Program-made: the position numbers and the translations under genes
Notes under the pieces: model-generated
The model's input: only the letters and a program-made list of their open reading frames with translations
Told to the model about the DNA's origin: nothing
Databases searched by the model: none
Assembly (NCBI RefSeq): GCF_041886205.1
Contig: NZ_CP169029.1
Source: Escherichia coli
GTDB lineage: Bacteria; Pseudomonadota; Gammaproteobacteria; Enterobacterales; Enterobacteriaceae
Length of the DNA stretch: 64,000 nt
Strand: one strand, 5' to 3'
Shown: piece by piece, positions 24,183-35,536 of the stretch
Numbering within the stretch: position 1 is the stretch's first letter
Layout: each line of letters begins with the position of its first letter

Positions 24183-25352
24183 ATGAAAATTAACTATCCG
24201 TTGCTGGCGCTGGCGATTGGCGCGTTTGGTATCGGGACAACGGAGTTCTCGCCAATGGGCTTATTGCCCGTCATTGCGCGCGGTGTGGATGTCTCGATTC
24301 CCGCTGCCGGAATGTTAATCAGTGCCTATGCAGTTGGCGTAATGGTGGGCGCGCCGCTGATGACGCTTCTACTTTCTCATCGTGCCCGCCGCAGTGCGTT
24401 GATTTTCCTGATGGCGATTTTCACGCTCGGCAACGTACTTTCCGCCATCGCGCCGGATTATATGACTCTCATGCTTTCACGCATTTTGACCAGCCTGAAT
24501 CACGGAGCATTTTTTGGTTTGGGTTCAGTTGTGGCCGCAAGCGTGGTGCCAAAACATAAACAGGCCAGCGCAGTTGCCACTATGTTTATGGGGTTAACCC
24601 TGGCAAATATCGGTGGCGTGCCGGCGGCGACCTGGTTGGGTGAAACCATCGGCTGGCGGATGTCATTTCTGGCAACGGCGGGGCTGGGCGTGATTTCAAT
24701 GGTAAGTCTGTTCTTCTCATTACCTAAAGGTGGTGCAGGGGCACGACCTGAAGTGAAAAAAGAGCTGGCGGTATTAATGCGTCCGCAGGTGCTGTCTGCA
24801 TTGCTGACGACGGTACTGGGAGCTGGTGCAATGTTTACCCTCTACACCTATATCTCTCCGGTACTGCAAAGTATTGCCCACGCAACACCGGTGTTCGTCA
24901 CGGCAATGCTGGTGCTGATTGGTGTCGGATTCTCTATCGGTAACTATCTCGGCGGCAAACTGGCAGATCGTTCAGTTAACGGCACGTTGAAAGGCTTTTT
25001 GTTGTTGTTGATGGTGATTATGCTGGCAATCCCGTTCCTGGCCCGCAATGAGTTCGGCGCAGCTATTAGCATGGTGGTGTGGGGCGCAGCAACCTTTGCG
25101 GTCGTACCGCCGTTACAGATGCGCGTGATGCGTGTCGCCAGTGAAGCGCCAGGTCTGTCTTCATCAGTCAATATTGGTGCCTTTAATCTTGGAAATGCGC
25201 TGGGAGCAGCGGCTGGTGGTGCGGTAATTTCCGCTGGGCTGGGATACAGCTTTGTGCCGGTGATGGGGGCGATTGTCGCGGGACTGGCATTATTGCTGGT
25301 GTTTATGTCAGCCAGAAAACAACCTGAAACAGTTTGCGTTGCTAACAGCTAA
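24183..25352 (+). CDS. ydhP: MFS transporter YdhP
   Basis: 389-aa 12-TM ORF matching YdhP. Confidence 0.85.
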   Translation: MKINYPLLALAIGAFGIGTTEFSPMGLLPVIARGVDVSIPAAGMLISAYAVGVMVGAPLMTLLLSHRARRSALIFLMAIFTLGNVLSAIAPDYMTLMLSRILTSLNHGAFFGLGSVVAASVVPKHKQASAVATMFMGLTLANIGGVPAATWLGETIGWRMSFLATAGLGVISMVSLFFSLPKGGAGARPEVKKELAVLMRPQVLSALLTTVLGAGAMFTLYTYISPVLQSIAHATPVFVTAMLVLIGVGFSIGNYLGGKLADRSVNGTLKGFLLLLMVIMLAIPFLARNEFGAAISMVVWGAATFAVVPPLQMRVMRVASEAPGLSSSVNIGAFNLGNALGAAAGGAVISAGLGYSFVPVMGAIVAGLALLLVFMSARKQPETVCVANS

Positions 25353-25388
25353 TTAAACAAAAACGCAGAAGGATAACCTTCTGCGTTA
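25352..25388 (-). terminator. Candidate intrinsic terminator for sodB (about 110 bp downstream of its stop)
   Basis: 10-bp stem acgcagaagg/ccttctgcgt with 4-nt loop, followed on the minus strand by a UUUUUGUUU tract. Confidence 0.5.
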
Positions 25389-25497
25389 CAGTTGCTGACA
25401 ACGTGCGATTTATCTTGCCGAATGCGCTGTTAACGCCTCATCCGCGTTGGCATGGTAAGCGAAGCGCATTAGGCAATACTGCATTTGCCATCAGTTA

Positions 25498-26079
25498 TTA
25501 TGCAGCGAGATTTTTCGCTACGAATTCCCAGTTCACCAGCGCCCAGAAGTGCTCCAGATAGCCAGGACGTGCATTGCGATAGTCGATGTAATAAGCGTGT
25601 TCCCAGACATCAACGGTCAGCAGCGGAGTCGCATCGGTGGTCAGCGGAGTACCCGCGTTAGAGGTTGAAACGATAGCCAGTTTGCCATCGCTGTTTTTCA
25701 CCAGCCAGGTCCAGCCAGAACCAAAGTTTTTGATCGCTGCATCAGTAAACTGCGCTTTGAAATCGGCAAAGCTGCCAAAAGATACGGCGATAGCTTCAGC
25801 GACTTTTCCAGTCGGTTCGCCACCGGCGTTCGGTGCCAGGCAGTTCCAGTAGAAAGTATGGTTCCAGACCTGAGCTGCGTTGTTGAATACGCCACCTTCA
25901 GAGCTGCGAATAATCTCTTCCAGTGATTTACCTTCAAACGCGGTACCTTTAATCAGGTTGTTCAGGTTAGTGACATAAGTCTGATGGTGCTTGCCGTAGT
26001 GATACTCGATGGTTTCCGCAGAAATGTGCGGTGCCAGAGCATCTTTAGCATATGGTAGTGCAGGTAATTCGAATGACAT
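25498..26079 (-). CDS. sodB: Superoxide dismutase [Fe]
   Basis: 193-aa [39 protein letters not shown].. matching SodB. Confidence 0.95.
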   Translation of the reverse strand: MSFELPALPYAKDALAPHISAETIEYHYGKHHQTYVTNLNNLIKGTAFEGKSLEEIIRSSEGGVFNNAAQVWNHTFYWNCLAPNAGGEPTGKVAEAIAVSFGSFADFKAQFTDAAIKNFGSGWTWLVKNSDGKLAIVSTSNAGTPLTTDATPLLTVDVWEHAYYIDYRNARPGYLEHFWALVNWEFVAKNLAA

Positions 26080-26206
26080 TGCTACTCTCCTTTATTATTA
26101 ATTTGCATACGTACAATAGCCTTATTGTGCGTATGGATAGGGTAGCAAATTAAAAGGTGAGACAAAAGATGAACTTACCCTGTTGCCGTAACAACAGGGT
26201 AAAGTT

Positions 26207-27022
26207 TTAGCGAAGTGTTTTTGGGGTCATTACCCGACGAGCGCCAACATAGTGGCGCTGCCAGTAGTCTTCACTGAGAGAAGTGATTTGAATTTCCTGA
26301 CCTGTGCGCGGTGACTGAATAAATTTGCCGTTGCCGACATACACGCCGACATGATCGGCTGTGCCGCGTCCCTGAGTACGGAAAAAGACCAGGTCGCCGT
26401 TTTTCAGTTCACTACGTTCGATTGGCGCTGCATCACGCAGGTGATACATTTCATTCGCCGTACGCGGAATACGAATTTTCACCAAATCTTTATAAGCGTA
26501 ATAAACCAGGCCGCTGCAATCAAAACCGGTACGCGGTGAGCTGCCACCCCAACGATATGGCTTACCAATTTGCTGCATCAGTTTATTCATTGCCACTTTC
26601 GTAGCTTTTTGCACCTTCGCTTTGTGCGCGTCGGCAAGAGTTCCTGACGCGGCATTTTTGACTTTCACACAATGCGATTTATAGCCCTTACGTTTGGTAC
26701 ACTTTTCGGTAAAGCTGGCTGAGGCCGTTTTATTGACGGCGTGTTTGCTGCGAGTTTTGGCGTTTTTAGAAGCGGTAATGGAAGATTTTTTAACGGAAGA
26801 AGCGGTTTTGCTTTTGGTCGTACTTTTACTGGCGGCTTTTTTCGCTGTTTTCTGGGTCTTTTTGGTGGTTGCCGTGCTTTTCTTTTTATCTGCTTTTTTG
26901 GTGATATGAGTGGTAGCAGAACTCTCCCTGGCTTGCTTTGAAGCATGGGCCATAGGCGTTAAAGGCAGGGTGGTAAAAAGTAAAGCACAGAGCGTGATCG
27001 AAATACGGTTTATCCGCGCCAC
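26207..27022 (-). CDS. mepH: Peptidoglycan DD-endopeptidase MepH (YdhO), NlpC/P60 family
   Basis: 271-aa ORF with signal peptide, Lys/Thr/Ser-rich linker and C-terminal NlpC/P60 domain (..GFDCSGLVYYAY..). Confidence 0.85.
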   Translation of the reverse strand: MARINRISITLCALLFTTLPLTPMAHASKQARESSATTHITKKADKKKSTATTKKTQKTAKKAASKSTTKSKTASSVKKSSITASKNAKTRSKHAVNKTASASFTEKCTKRKGYKSHCVKVKNAASGTLADAHKAKVQKATKVAMNKLMQQIGKPYRWGGSSPRTGFDCSGLVYYAYKDLVKIRIPRTANEMYHLRDAAPIERSELKNGDLVFFRTQGRGTADHVGVYVGNGKFIQSPRTGQEIQITSLSEDYWQRHYVGARRVMTPKTLR

Positions 27023-27355
27023 TGAGCGTCCCTCTGTTAAGGCAGGTCTATCATGCCTGCGTCTGATTTACAAAACTTGATGATTCTAATGCATAGAAGA
27101 AGAGAAAGTTAATAGCTTTTATTGTTAAAAAATACGTTTCGTTGGCGAGCGCAAAAAAATGCAGCAGTGAAAGCTAAAAATGGTTATAAATACGCCAGTT
27201 TGCCGGCATCAGAGAAGAAACGAATATTTGAAATGCAACAAATAGAGCAAAGGGATAAAATAGCAAAAGCGTGATGAAAATGTTATTTTCCGATGCCGCA
27301 CTGACCCGCTACAATGTCAGATTACTGCCGTAAAGAAGTTTGAGGAAGCAAGACA

Positions 27356-27703
27356 ATGAGCACCACTATCGAAAAAATCCAACGCCAGATTGCTGAAAAC
27401 CCGATCCTGCTGTACATGAAAGGTTCACCGAAACTGCCGAGCTGCGGTTTCTCTGCCCAGGCAGTCCAGGCGCTTGCCGCATGTGGCGAACGTTTTGCCT
27501 ATGTTGATATTCTGCAGAATCCGGACATTCGTGCGGAACTGCCGAAATATGCTAACTGGCCGACCTTCCCGCAACTGTGGGTTGACGGCGAGCTGGTAGG
27601 CGGTTGTGATATCGTGATCGAAATGTATCAGCGTGGCGAATTGCAGCAGCTGATCAAAGAAACTGCCGCTAAATACAAGTCTGAAGAGCCGGACGCGGAA
27701 TAA
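27356..27703 (+). CDS. grxD: Monothiol glutaredoxin Grx4
   Basis: 115-aa ORF with CGFS active site (..PKLPSCGFSAQ..). Confidence 0.92.
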   Translation: MSTTIEKIQRQIAENPILLYMKGSPKLPSCGFSAQAVQALAACGERFAYVDILQNPDIRAELPKYANWPTFPQLWVDGELVGGCDIVIEMYQRGELQQLIKETAAKYKSEEPDAE

Positions 27704-27717
27704 TCCGTCTCGCAATA

Positions 27718-27750
27718 CTGACGGATGCGAACGGGCATCCGTCAGTCCTT
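27718..27750 (+). terminator. Candidate intrinsic terminator after grxD
   Basis: 11-bp stem ctgacggatgc/gcatccgtcag with 6-nt loop followed by a pyrimidine-rich tail tcctttctct. Confidence 0.55.
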
Positions 27751-27753
27751 TCT

Positions 27754-30700
27754 CTATCCCCAATCTAGCCCTTGTGGCGAACTTGAAAATCCCGCCTCAC
27801 GCAGCAACGTAAACATCGGCGTTTGCCGGACCGGTAGATCATTCACTTCTGTTAGCGTAAAGCGCAGCCGTGGTTCGCGACGCAGTGCGGTAGTCAGCGC
27901 GTGGAAAATCTCTGGGGCGAGTAATTCCTCTTTTTCCTGCCAGACCAGCATTTTTTTGCCGCCTTGCGCCAGATAGAGTAACAATTTGCCGCCAGAAACG
28001 ACCACCAGCGCACCCGCCCGACGCGTTGGAACCAGCGTTGCCGGATGTGCAGGCCAGGGCAGAAGATTTCCCCACACATTAGCCGGATCGTTGGCGGAGA
28101 GCGCCACTGGTGTATAGTGGCGCGTTTGCGCGGTTTGTGTCGCCAGGTCACGCAATCGATCAATAGTCAGACGTTCAGCGAATTGCGCGCCACCCAGACC
28201 TTCTACAAAACGACCTCGCATAATTCGCCCGGAGTCTTCCATACTTCGACAAAGCGTTTGCATCGATGGAAACCCGCCAGGGATATTTTCGGCTATCACC
28301 GCCTGACGACTGATGATGCCGTAGCGGTCGAGCATATTTTCCGCCAGCGCCAGCATCCTTTCGGTATCGTTTAGTGGCTCCACCTGCAATAACGACCAGC
28401 GTCCAGCCAGATTTGGTGTGTTGTAAGATACCCGCGGCGAGACGGGTTGCGCATAGACAGGACGTCCACGACGAGCCCGGTGACTGCGGCGAGTTGAGGT
28501 GCGTGCGTTGGAACTGCTGCGGGTGAGGGCGCGTAACGGTGCCCAAATGTCGCTGGTGATGACGCCTTGCCAGACCAGCGCCCATAACGCCTCTTGCAGG
28601 GCAGAGAGATCAACCGATTCGCCGATTTTGTCGCGTATCCGTTGGCTGATTTGTTGTGCAAACCAGGCTCCTCCGTCAGCCAGAACAGCGACTATCGCTT
28701 GTTGCAGCGCCGAACGATTCGCCTGATCCGCTTCGGCGGGAGTGAACGATTCTGCAGCATATTCCTGTAGATGCAGTGCCACCAGGCCGTCATCTTCACC
28801 CAGTTTTTTTTGCCCCGACCAGATAACCGCACCGGTTGCCAGTAATTCATCGAGCATTTCTGACGAATAGTCGCGTACGCGGGCAGGCAGGATCTGGCTT
28901 TCCCAGAGTGAGGCGGGTAAACCGACTCCGGCAAGCTGTTCGATCACCCGCATCACGCCATCTACGCCCTCATAAACGCCTGGCGATGTTGAGGCAAAGA
29001 GCGCCGGGCTACCATCGGTGGCGGGTAATACGCCCTGACGTTCCAGCAGCAATCGCGCATAGGTCGTGGCTGCAACGGGACGCGTCGCTTCTCTGGCAGC
29101 TTGCAGCGAGCGCAAACGCAGACGACGAAATACTTCATCGCTCACCCAGATGTCTTGTTGCAGATTCATCACCAGACCCTGTTCACGCAGTTGCTGAAGC
29201 TGCTCTTCGACAATGGCAATACCGAGACTAAACTCATGAGCCAGTTGTTCAGCCGTGACCAGAGCATGAGCCCGGAGATAGCGCAGAAAGAGGTCGCGAA
29301 GCGGGTAACTGACTCTATGTAAATAAATCTCTGGCAATGACTCTGGTAGTCGTACGCCGAGGGCATCACGCAGCCTGGCGGCATCATCCATACAGGCAAG
29401 ACGCTCCTGTCCGCTAATCATCGCCGGGAAGATTCGTTTTACTGCAAGAAGATTTTCCAGATACGACGCAACCTCTTCACTGCTGCCTGTATGCCGTTGC
29501 GCCAGGTCTTCAACGGTCATTGGCCCCAGTTCGCGCAGCAGGTCGAACAATCCTTCTTCACCTTTCGCTCTTCTGCCAGGAGCCAGTCGTTGCAACTCTT
29601 CTTCCACCTGGCGAATGACCTGCGGGTCGAGTAATTCCCCCGGATCGACCTGTCCGAGTAGATTGCGCAGTAACTCGCTGTCCAGCGACAGTACGGATGC
29701 CCGGCGCTCTGCCAGCGGGGCGTCGCTCTGGTACATAAATTCCGCGACATAGCCGAACAATAAACTGGTGGCGAAAGGCGAGGGCGTAGTAGTCGTTACA
29801 TCGGATATTTGAATTTCGCCACCGTTCAGGCGAAGCATCAAACGTTCCAGTGCGGGAAGATCATAAACATCTTGCAGACATTCGCGTAGGGTTTCGAGAA
29901 TGACCGGAAAATCCGGATATCCCTGAGCGATTTCCAGCAACTGACTGGCGCGCAGCCGTTGTTGCCAAAGCGGGGTGCGATGGCCCGGCGTGCGGCCCGG
30001 CATTAATAATGCCCGCGCGGCGCATTCGCGAAAACGGGCGGCGAAAAGTGCCGAACTGCCTACCGCCTCGCGGACAATTTGCAGCAACTTTTCTGGTTCA
30101 AACAAAAAAATCGCGGCATCGGGCAATTTACCATCGGTGTCAGGAATACGTGCAACAATGCCGTCATCACTGGCGACCACCGACGCGTCAGCGCCCCATA
30201 GGGCATGTATTCGCCCGGCAATCGCCAGCGCCCAGGGTTCATGCACCCGTCTTCCATAGGGAGAGTGCAAAATAATACGCCAGTCACCAATTTCATCACG
30301 GCACCGTTCGAGGACCAGATGGCGACTCCCCGGAACGATGCCCGTCGCGTTGCGCTGCTCCTCAATCAACCCCTGAATATTGGCGATCGTATTTTCTTCT
30401 GCCAGCCACGGGGGAATAGTCCCGGAAAAGAACGCGCCATCCGCCAGCAAATGAAGAAAATCGCCGATCATCTCGCCTAATTCAGCCGGACGTCCGTTAC
30501 CTTCACCACGCCAGAAGGGGAGCCGGGCAGAACGACCCGGAGCAGGAGTCACAATCACCTGATCGCGGGTGATTTGCTGGATCCGCCATGAGGTAGCGCC
30601 GAGAGTGATAATGTCGTTCACCCGCGACTCATATACCATCTCCTCATCCAGTTCACCCACCCGCCGCGAACCGGCCTTTTCTTCACCTTCGGGTAATAAC

Positions 30701-32370
30701 ACGCTATACATGCCACGATCCGGAATGGTGCCGCCGCTGGTAACCGCCAACAATTGAGCGCCAGGTCGGGCGGTCAATATCCCGGTCTCCCTGTTCCAGA
30801 CCAGTTTGGGGCGAAAAGCAGAAAAATCGCCAGAGGGATAGCGCCCGGAAAGCATATCCAGCGTGGCGTCAAAAACACGTCTTGGCAGATCTTTCCACGG
30901 TGCGGCACGGCGTACGCGGGAGTACCATTCGTCTACCTGTAATGCATCCATCGCCGCGGCGGCAACGGTTTGCTGCGCAAGGACGTCGAGAGGATTATGC
31001 GGTGGTGTCAGGTTTTCCAGCCTGCCTGCGAACATACACTCTACAATGACTGTGGAATCGACTAAATCACGCCGGGTACGGGGGAAAAACAGCCCTTTAG
31101 ATACACCGCCAACCTGATGTCCGGCGCGACCAATGCGTTGTAACCCACTGGCAACAGAAAGCGGCGTTGCCACCTGAATCACCAGATCCACCGCGCCCAT
31201 ATCAATCCCCAGTTCAAGACTGGAGGTTGCGACCACGCAGCGTAATTCACCCGATTTCAGCGCCTGTTCGGTGATTGCTCGTTGTTCTTTAGAGACGGAG
31301 CCGTGGTGTGAGCGGGCAATAAAAACGTCGCTACTTTGTACACGGTTAGAGGTTGCGCCGGAGGTCGACTCGAAATGGGCCGCATCAACGGCGATAGACG
31401 GGGAACGCTGTAAGCGTGCGGCGTAAAGCTCATTTAATCGTGCCGTCAGTTTTTCCGCCAGCCCCCGCGAATTAGTAAAGACAATGGTCGAGCGATGGCG
31501 CAACACTTCATCAAGGATGCCCGTTTCAATATATGGCCAGATGGAGCCTTCCCGGCCGGCATGGCTGTCTTCGCCAGTGCCGCTGGCGACCGATGAGACA
31601 TCATCCATATTGGCGACCGGTACGACAATCCGTATCTGCGGATGACGCATTGCGGGCGGGTTGACTACCGTAACCGGGCGATCGCCACCAAGAAATGCTG
31701 CCACATCGCTGGCTGAGCGCACAGTGGCAGAAAGGCCAATTCGCTGTGCTGAGGTGTGGAGCAGCGCATCGAGCCGCTCCAGACTTAACGCCAGATGCGC
31801 ACCACGTTTACTGCCCGCTACCGCGTGGACTTCATCAATAATTACCGTTTCGACGCCGCGTAGCGTTTCGCGCGCGCGGGAGGTCAGCATCAGATAGAGT
31901 GATTCGGGTGTGGTGATCAGAATATCCGGCGGATTACGGGTGAGTTTGCTGCGTTCCTGTGCAGGCGTATCGCCAGTACGGATCCCTACGCGAAGATTGA
32001 CTTCCGTTTCGCCGCGCCGCCGCCGTTCATCGGCAATACCCTTCAACGGGATCTGCAAGTTGCGCTGAACGTCGGTGCCCAGGGCTTTTATCGGTGAAAT
32101 ATAGAGGATGCGTGAGGTTTTACGCTTATGCGCCTCGCGGGTATCTTCGCCGCCTTCGCGGAAGAGCCGATCGAGGGCGTAGAGAAATGCTGCCAGCGTT
32201 TTCCCGGAGCCAGTCGGTGCAATCACCAGCGCATGTTCGCCTCGCGCCGCCACATGCCAGGTTTGCGACTGGACAGCGGTCGGCTGTTTAAAGGCGCGAA
32301 GAAACCAGTCGCGGGTCGCCGGTGAAAACACGTCCGGCAGGAGCGATGAAGGGTCTGGATTATCTGCCAT
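27754..32370 (-). CDS. lhr: ATP-dependent helicase Lhr (large helicase-related protein)
   Basis: 1538-aa ORF with superfamily-2 helicase motifs (..APTGSGKT.., DEVH box). Confidence 0.92.
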   Translation of the reverse strand: MADNPDPSSLLPDVFSPATRDWFLRAFKQPTAVQSQTWHVAARGEHALVIAPTGSGKTLAAFLYALDRLFREGGEDTREAHKRKTSRILYISPIKALGTDVQRNLQIPLKGIADERRRRGETEVNLRVGIRTGDTPAQERSKLTRNPPDILITTPESLYLMLTSRARETLRGVETVIIDEVHAVAGSKRGAHLALSLERLDALLHTSAQRIGLSATVRSASDVAAFLGGDRPVTVVNPPAMRHPQIRIVVPVANMDDVSSVASGTGEDSHAGREGSIWPYIETGILDEVLRHRSTIVFTNSRGLAEKLTARLNELYAARLQRSPSIAVDAAHFESTSGATSNRVQSSDVFIARSHHGSVSKEQRAITEQALKSGELRCVVATSSLELGIDMGAVDLVIQVATPLSVASGLQRIGRAGHQVGGVSKGLFFPRTRRDLVDSTVIVECMFAGRLENLTPPHNPLDVLAQQTVAAAAMDALQVDEWYSRVRRAAPWKDLPRRVFDATLDMLSGRYPSGDFSAFRPKLVWNRETGILTARPGAQLLAVTSGGTIPDRGMYSVLLPEGEEKAGSRRVGELDEEMVYESRVNDIITLGATSWRIQQITRDQVIVTPAPGRSARLPFWRGEGNGRPAELGEMIGDFLHLLADGAFFSGTIPPWLAEENTIANIQGLIEEQRNATGIVPGSRHLVLERCRDEIGDWRIILHSPYGRRVHEPWALAIAGRIHALWGADASVVASDDGIVARIPDTDGKLPDAAIFLFEPEKLLQIVREAVGSSALFAARFRECAARALLMPGRTPGHRTPLWQQRLRASQLLEIAQGYPDFPVILETLRECLQDVYDLPALERLMLRLNGGEIQISDVTTTTPSPFATSLLFGYVAEFMYQSDAPLAERRASVLSLDSELLRNLLGQVDPGELLDPQVIRQVEEELQRLAPGRRAKGEEGLFDLLRELGPMTVEDLAQRHTGSSEEVASYLENLLAVKRIFPAMISGQERLACMDDAARLRDALGVRLPESLPEIYLHRVSYPLRDLFLRYLRAHALVTAEQLAHEFSLGIAIVEEQLQQLREQGLVMNLQQDIWVSDEVFRRLRLRSLQAAREATRPVAATTYARLLLERQGVLPATDGSPALFASTSPGVYEGVDGVMRVIEQLAGVGLPASLWESQILPARVRDYSSEMLDELLATGAVIWSGQKKLGEDDGLVALHLQEYAAESFTPAEADQANRSALQQAIVAVLADGGAWFAQQISQRIRDKIGESVDLSALQEALWALVWQGVITSDIWAPLRALTRSSSNARTSTRRSHRARRGRPVYAQPVSPRVSYNTPNLAGRWSLLQVEPLNDTERMLALAENMLDRYGIISRQAVIAENIPGGFPSMQTLCRSMEDSGRIMRGRFVEGLGGAQFAERLTIDRLRDLATQTAQTRHYTPVALSANDPANVWGNLLPWPAHPATLVPTRRAGALVVVSGGKLLLYLAQGGKKMLVWQEKEELLAPEIFHALTTALRREPRLRFTLTEVNDLPVRQTPMFTLLREAGFSSSPQGLDWG

Positions 32371-32462
32371 TAACGCTATTCCCCGTGAATATCATGCAGG
32401 ATGCGTGGAATAGCCTCACTATAGATGCCTGAATCATTATATGTCATCAGGCATCGACTCGA

Positions 32463-33110
32463 TTACACCTCTTCGGCGGTGGGTAGCGGCCAGCCTCCCA
32501 GACGTTTCCAGCGGTTGACGATTTCACAAAACAGCACAGCAGTGCGTTCGGTGTCGTACAGCGCGGAGTGCGCCTGGGTGCTGTCGAAGTCCATGCCAGC
32601 GGTCTGGCAAGCCTTTGACAATACGGTTTGTCCGAGTGCCAGCCCGGCCAGTGCAGCAGTGTCAAAAGTGGCGAAAGGGTGGAACGGGTTACGTTTCAGT
32701 GAGGCGCGTTCTGCGGCGGCCATCATAAAGCTGTGATCAAAATTGGCGTTGTGCGCCACCATAATGGCGCGGTTACAGCCGCTCGCTTTAATACCTTTAC
32801 GTACAACTTTAAAAATTTCGTGCAGCGCCTCGTATTCGCTGACCGCGCCGCGATCGGGATCGTTCGGGTCAATGCCGTTGAAGGCGAGGGCCTCTGGCTG
32901 CAAATTTGCGCCGACAAATGGTTCGACGTGGAAATGTAATGTGGTGTCCGGCATCAGCCAGCCTTGTTCATCCATTTTCAGGGTGATGGCGGCAATCTCA
33001 AGCAGCGCATCGGTTTTGGCATTAAATCCGGCTGTTTCAACATCGATCACAACAGGATAAAAACCACGAAAACGGTCGCACAGACCGGTAAGTTGAGCGT
33101 TATCGGACAT
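32463..33110 (-). CDS. rnt: Ribonuclease T
   Basis: 215-aa [32 protein letters not shown].. with DEDD exonuclease motifs. Confidence 0.93.
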   Translation of the reverse strand: MSDNAQLTGLCDRFRGFYPVVIDVETAGFNAKTDALLEIAAITLKMDEQGWLMPDTTLHFHVEPFVGANLQPEALAFNGIDPNDPDRGAVSEYEALHEIFKVVRKGIKASGCNRAIMVAHNANFDHSFMMAAAERASLKRNPFHPFATFDTAALAGLALGQTVLSKACQTAGMDFDSTQAHSALYDTERTAVLFCEIVNRWKRLGGWPLPTAEEV

Positions 33111-33212
33111 CTGATTCTCTTAATACGGATAAATTGCAGCGCGCATTATGACAAATATTACTTGTCGATGCAGTAAAGATGCGGGCGCGATGAGTTCACG
33201 CCCGGCAGGAGA

Positions 33213-33620
33213 TTAGTTGCCCAGACCGCGACCGGCGTCTTTCTCTTCGATTAACTCAATTTTGTAACCGTCCGGATCTTCCACAAACGCGATAACCGTA
33301 GTACCGCCTTTTACCGGACCCGCTTCACGGGTCACGTTACCCCCGTTTTGACGGATTTTTTCGCACGCTTCAGCGGCGTTATCTACGCTAAGCGCGATGT
33401 GACCATAAGCAGTGCCGAGTTCGTATTTATCCACGCCCCAGTTGTAGGTCAGTTCAATCACCGCTTCTTCGGTTTCCGGGCCGTAGCCAACAAACGCCAG
33501 TGAGTATTTGTATTCCGGGTTTTCGCTGGTACGCAGCAGTTTCATGCCCAGTACTTTGGTATAAAAATCGATGGAGCGTTGCAGATCGCCAACGCGCAGC
33601 ATGGTATGAAGAAGACGCAT
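33213..33620 (-). CDS. gloA: Glyoxalase I (lactoylglutathione lyase)
   Basis: 135-aa [33 protein letters not shown].. matching GloA. Confidence 0.93.
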
Positions 33621-33700
33621 CTTTTTATCCTCAAAATGGCTAACAGATTCAAAATGTTGTTTTAGTATAGCGGCGGCTTTGCGCCGCTCGCAATGTTGGA

Positions 33701-34798
33701 TTACAGCGTCGGGTAATCCGTGTAGCCTTCCGCACCGCCGCCATAGAAACTTTCAGCACGCTGTGGGTTAAGCTCAGCTTTGCGCTGCAAGCGGGCGACC
33801 AGATCCGGGTTCGCAATCCAGTCACGACCAAATGCCACCGCATCAATTAAGCCTTTGCCGATCAGCGTTTCGGCTTTTTCTACCGTGTATGCACCTGCGC
33901 CGATAATCGGACCGTGGAAACGGGCGCGTACTTTTTCGCGGAACGCATCAGTATACGGTTCACCCCCCGCCCAATCTGGTTCTGACATATGCAGATAAGC
34001 AATGCCGCGTTTACCCAGTTGTTCAATCAGATACAGTGCATCGGCTTCTTCATTCGGGCCGTTATCTGTGTTCTGGAAAGTACCGATTGGCGAAACGCGA
34101 ATGCCAATGCGATCGGCACCCCATTCTTCAATCCCGGCATCGACCACTTCCAGTACCAAACGTGCGCGATTTTCCACGCTGCCGCCGTACTGATCGGTAC
34201 GATGGTTTGAAGAAGGGGAAAGGAACTGATGCAGCAAATAACCGTGAGCAGAGTGGAGCTCTACCAGATCAAAACCGGCTTCACGCGCGTTAGCAATGGC
34301 CTGACGGAAATCATTGACGATACCTGGAATCTCTTCCAGTTCAAGCGCACGCGGCATGGATGTTTCAACACGGATCGCCTGACCATTTTCATCGCGCAGA
34401 GAAGTACGTGTTCCCGCGCTAAGTGCTGAAGGCGCTACCGGTGCCTGACCGCCAGGTTGCAGGCTGGCGTGAGAAATGCGTCCAGTGTGCCACAGCTGTA
34501 CGGCCATATGACCATTTTCAGCATGAACGCCAGCGGTAATTTTTTTCCATGCGGCAATTTGTTCCGGACTATGGATGCCAGGTGCACCAGCATACCCTTT
34601 TGCCTGGGCAGAAATTTGCGTGGCTTCGCTAATAATCAAACCGGCACTGGCACGTTGGCGATAGTATTCCGCCATCAACGGGGTAGGAATGTCACCCGGT
34701 TCAATACTGCGCAGACGCGTCAGCGGTGCCATAAAAATACGGTTTGCCGCAGTTATTGCGCCCACTTTCAGTGGGGAATACAGTTTTTCAGATGACAT
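33701..34798 (-). CDS. nemA: N-ethylmaleimide reductase (Old Yellow Enzyme family, FMN-dependent)
   Basis: 365-aa ORF with OYE-family motifs. Confidence 0.92.
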
Positions 34799-34834
34799 AA
34801 AGGCTCCCGGTCGTCTGGTGATAAAAAATGCCTG

Positions 34835-35434
34835 CTAAACGGCAGGCGTCGCAATAATGGTTTTTACATGTGCCAGCGCGTTTTCCAGTGGCTCGGAATT
34901 GCGCGAAATTTTGGCCTGCAGATTCGCACCCAGCCATAGTGCGTAAAGCACTTGTGCCTGTTGCAGCGGTTCGCCACAAAAGGTTAAACAGTGGTTCTCA
35001 TGGCCATTTTCCAGCGCCTGAGAGAGCAGGGCAATCACGCCGCGAGCGCCTTTATCCATCGCGCTACGCATATCTTCTGACAGATCGCACACTTCGGCAG
35101 AGAGTTTTACTGTCAGGCAACCACTGATGGTTCCATGTTGGCAAAACTGGTTCAGTGTTTGCTGGTAATAAGCCAGTATGCGGTCGCGGTAGTTACCTTC
35201 GCCGGATTGCAGCAACTCAGTCAGTCGCTGGTGATATGTGGCGTAATGGTGCTCAAGCATAGCAACGCCAAACGCTTCTTTAGAGCGAAAGTAGTGATAG
35301 AAGGACCCTTTCGGCACTTCAGCGATTTTTAGTAATTCGCTTAACCCCATCCCGGTGAATCCACGTTGCAGGCAAAGTTGCTCGCCCGTCGCCAGGAGAT
35401 GTTCGCGAGTATCATGTTCGGTGTGTTTGTTCAT
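34835..35434 (-). CDS. nemR: TetR-family repressor NemR
   Basis: 199-aa ORF with N-terminal TetR HTH; first gene of nemR-nemA-gloA on the minus strand. Confidence 0.9.
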   Translation of the reverse strand: MNKHTEHDTREHLLATGEQLCLQRGFTGMGLSELLKIAEVPKGSFYHYFRSKEAFGVAMLEHHYATYHQRLTELLQSGEGNYRDRILAYYQQTLNQFCQHGTISGCLTVKLSAEVCDLSEDMRSAMDKGARGVIALLSQALENGHENHCLTFCGEPLQQAQVLYALWLGANLQAKISRNSEPLENALAHVKTIIATPAV

Positions 35435-35448
35435 GCGTTGGAGTGTAG

Positions 35449-35464
35449 TAGACCAGTCGGTCTA
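35449..35464. promoter_or_regulatory. NemR-box-like palindrome in the nemR promoter region
   Basis: TAGACCAGTCGGTCTA with inverted arms TAGACC/GGTCTA, 15 bp upstream of the nemR start codon. Confidence 0.55.
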
Positions 35465-35536
35465 GTGCAAGCAAAGTTGCTACTTTGGACATTAACAGCT
35501 TCAATAATGGTAATAATCTTATCTGAGGAGGGCGAA

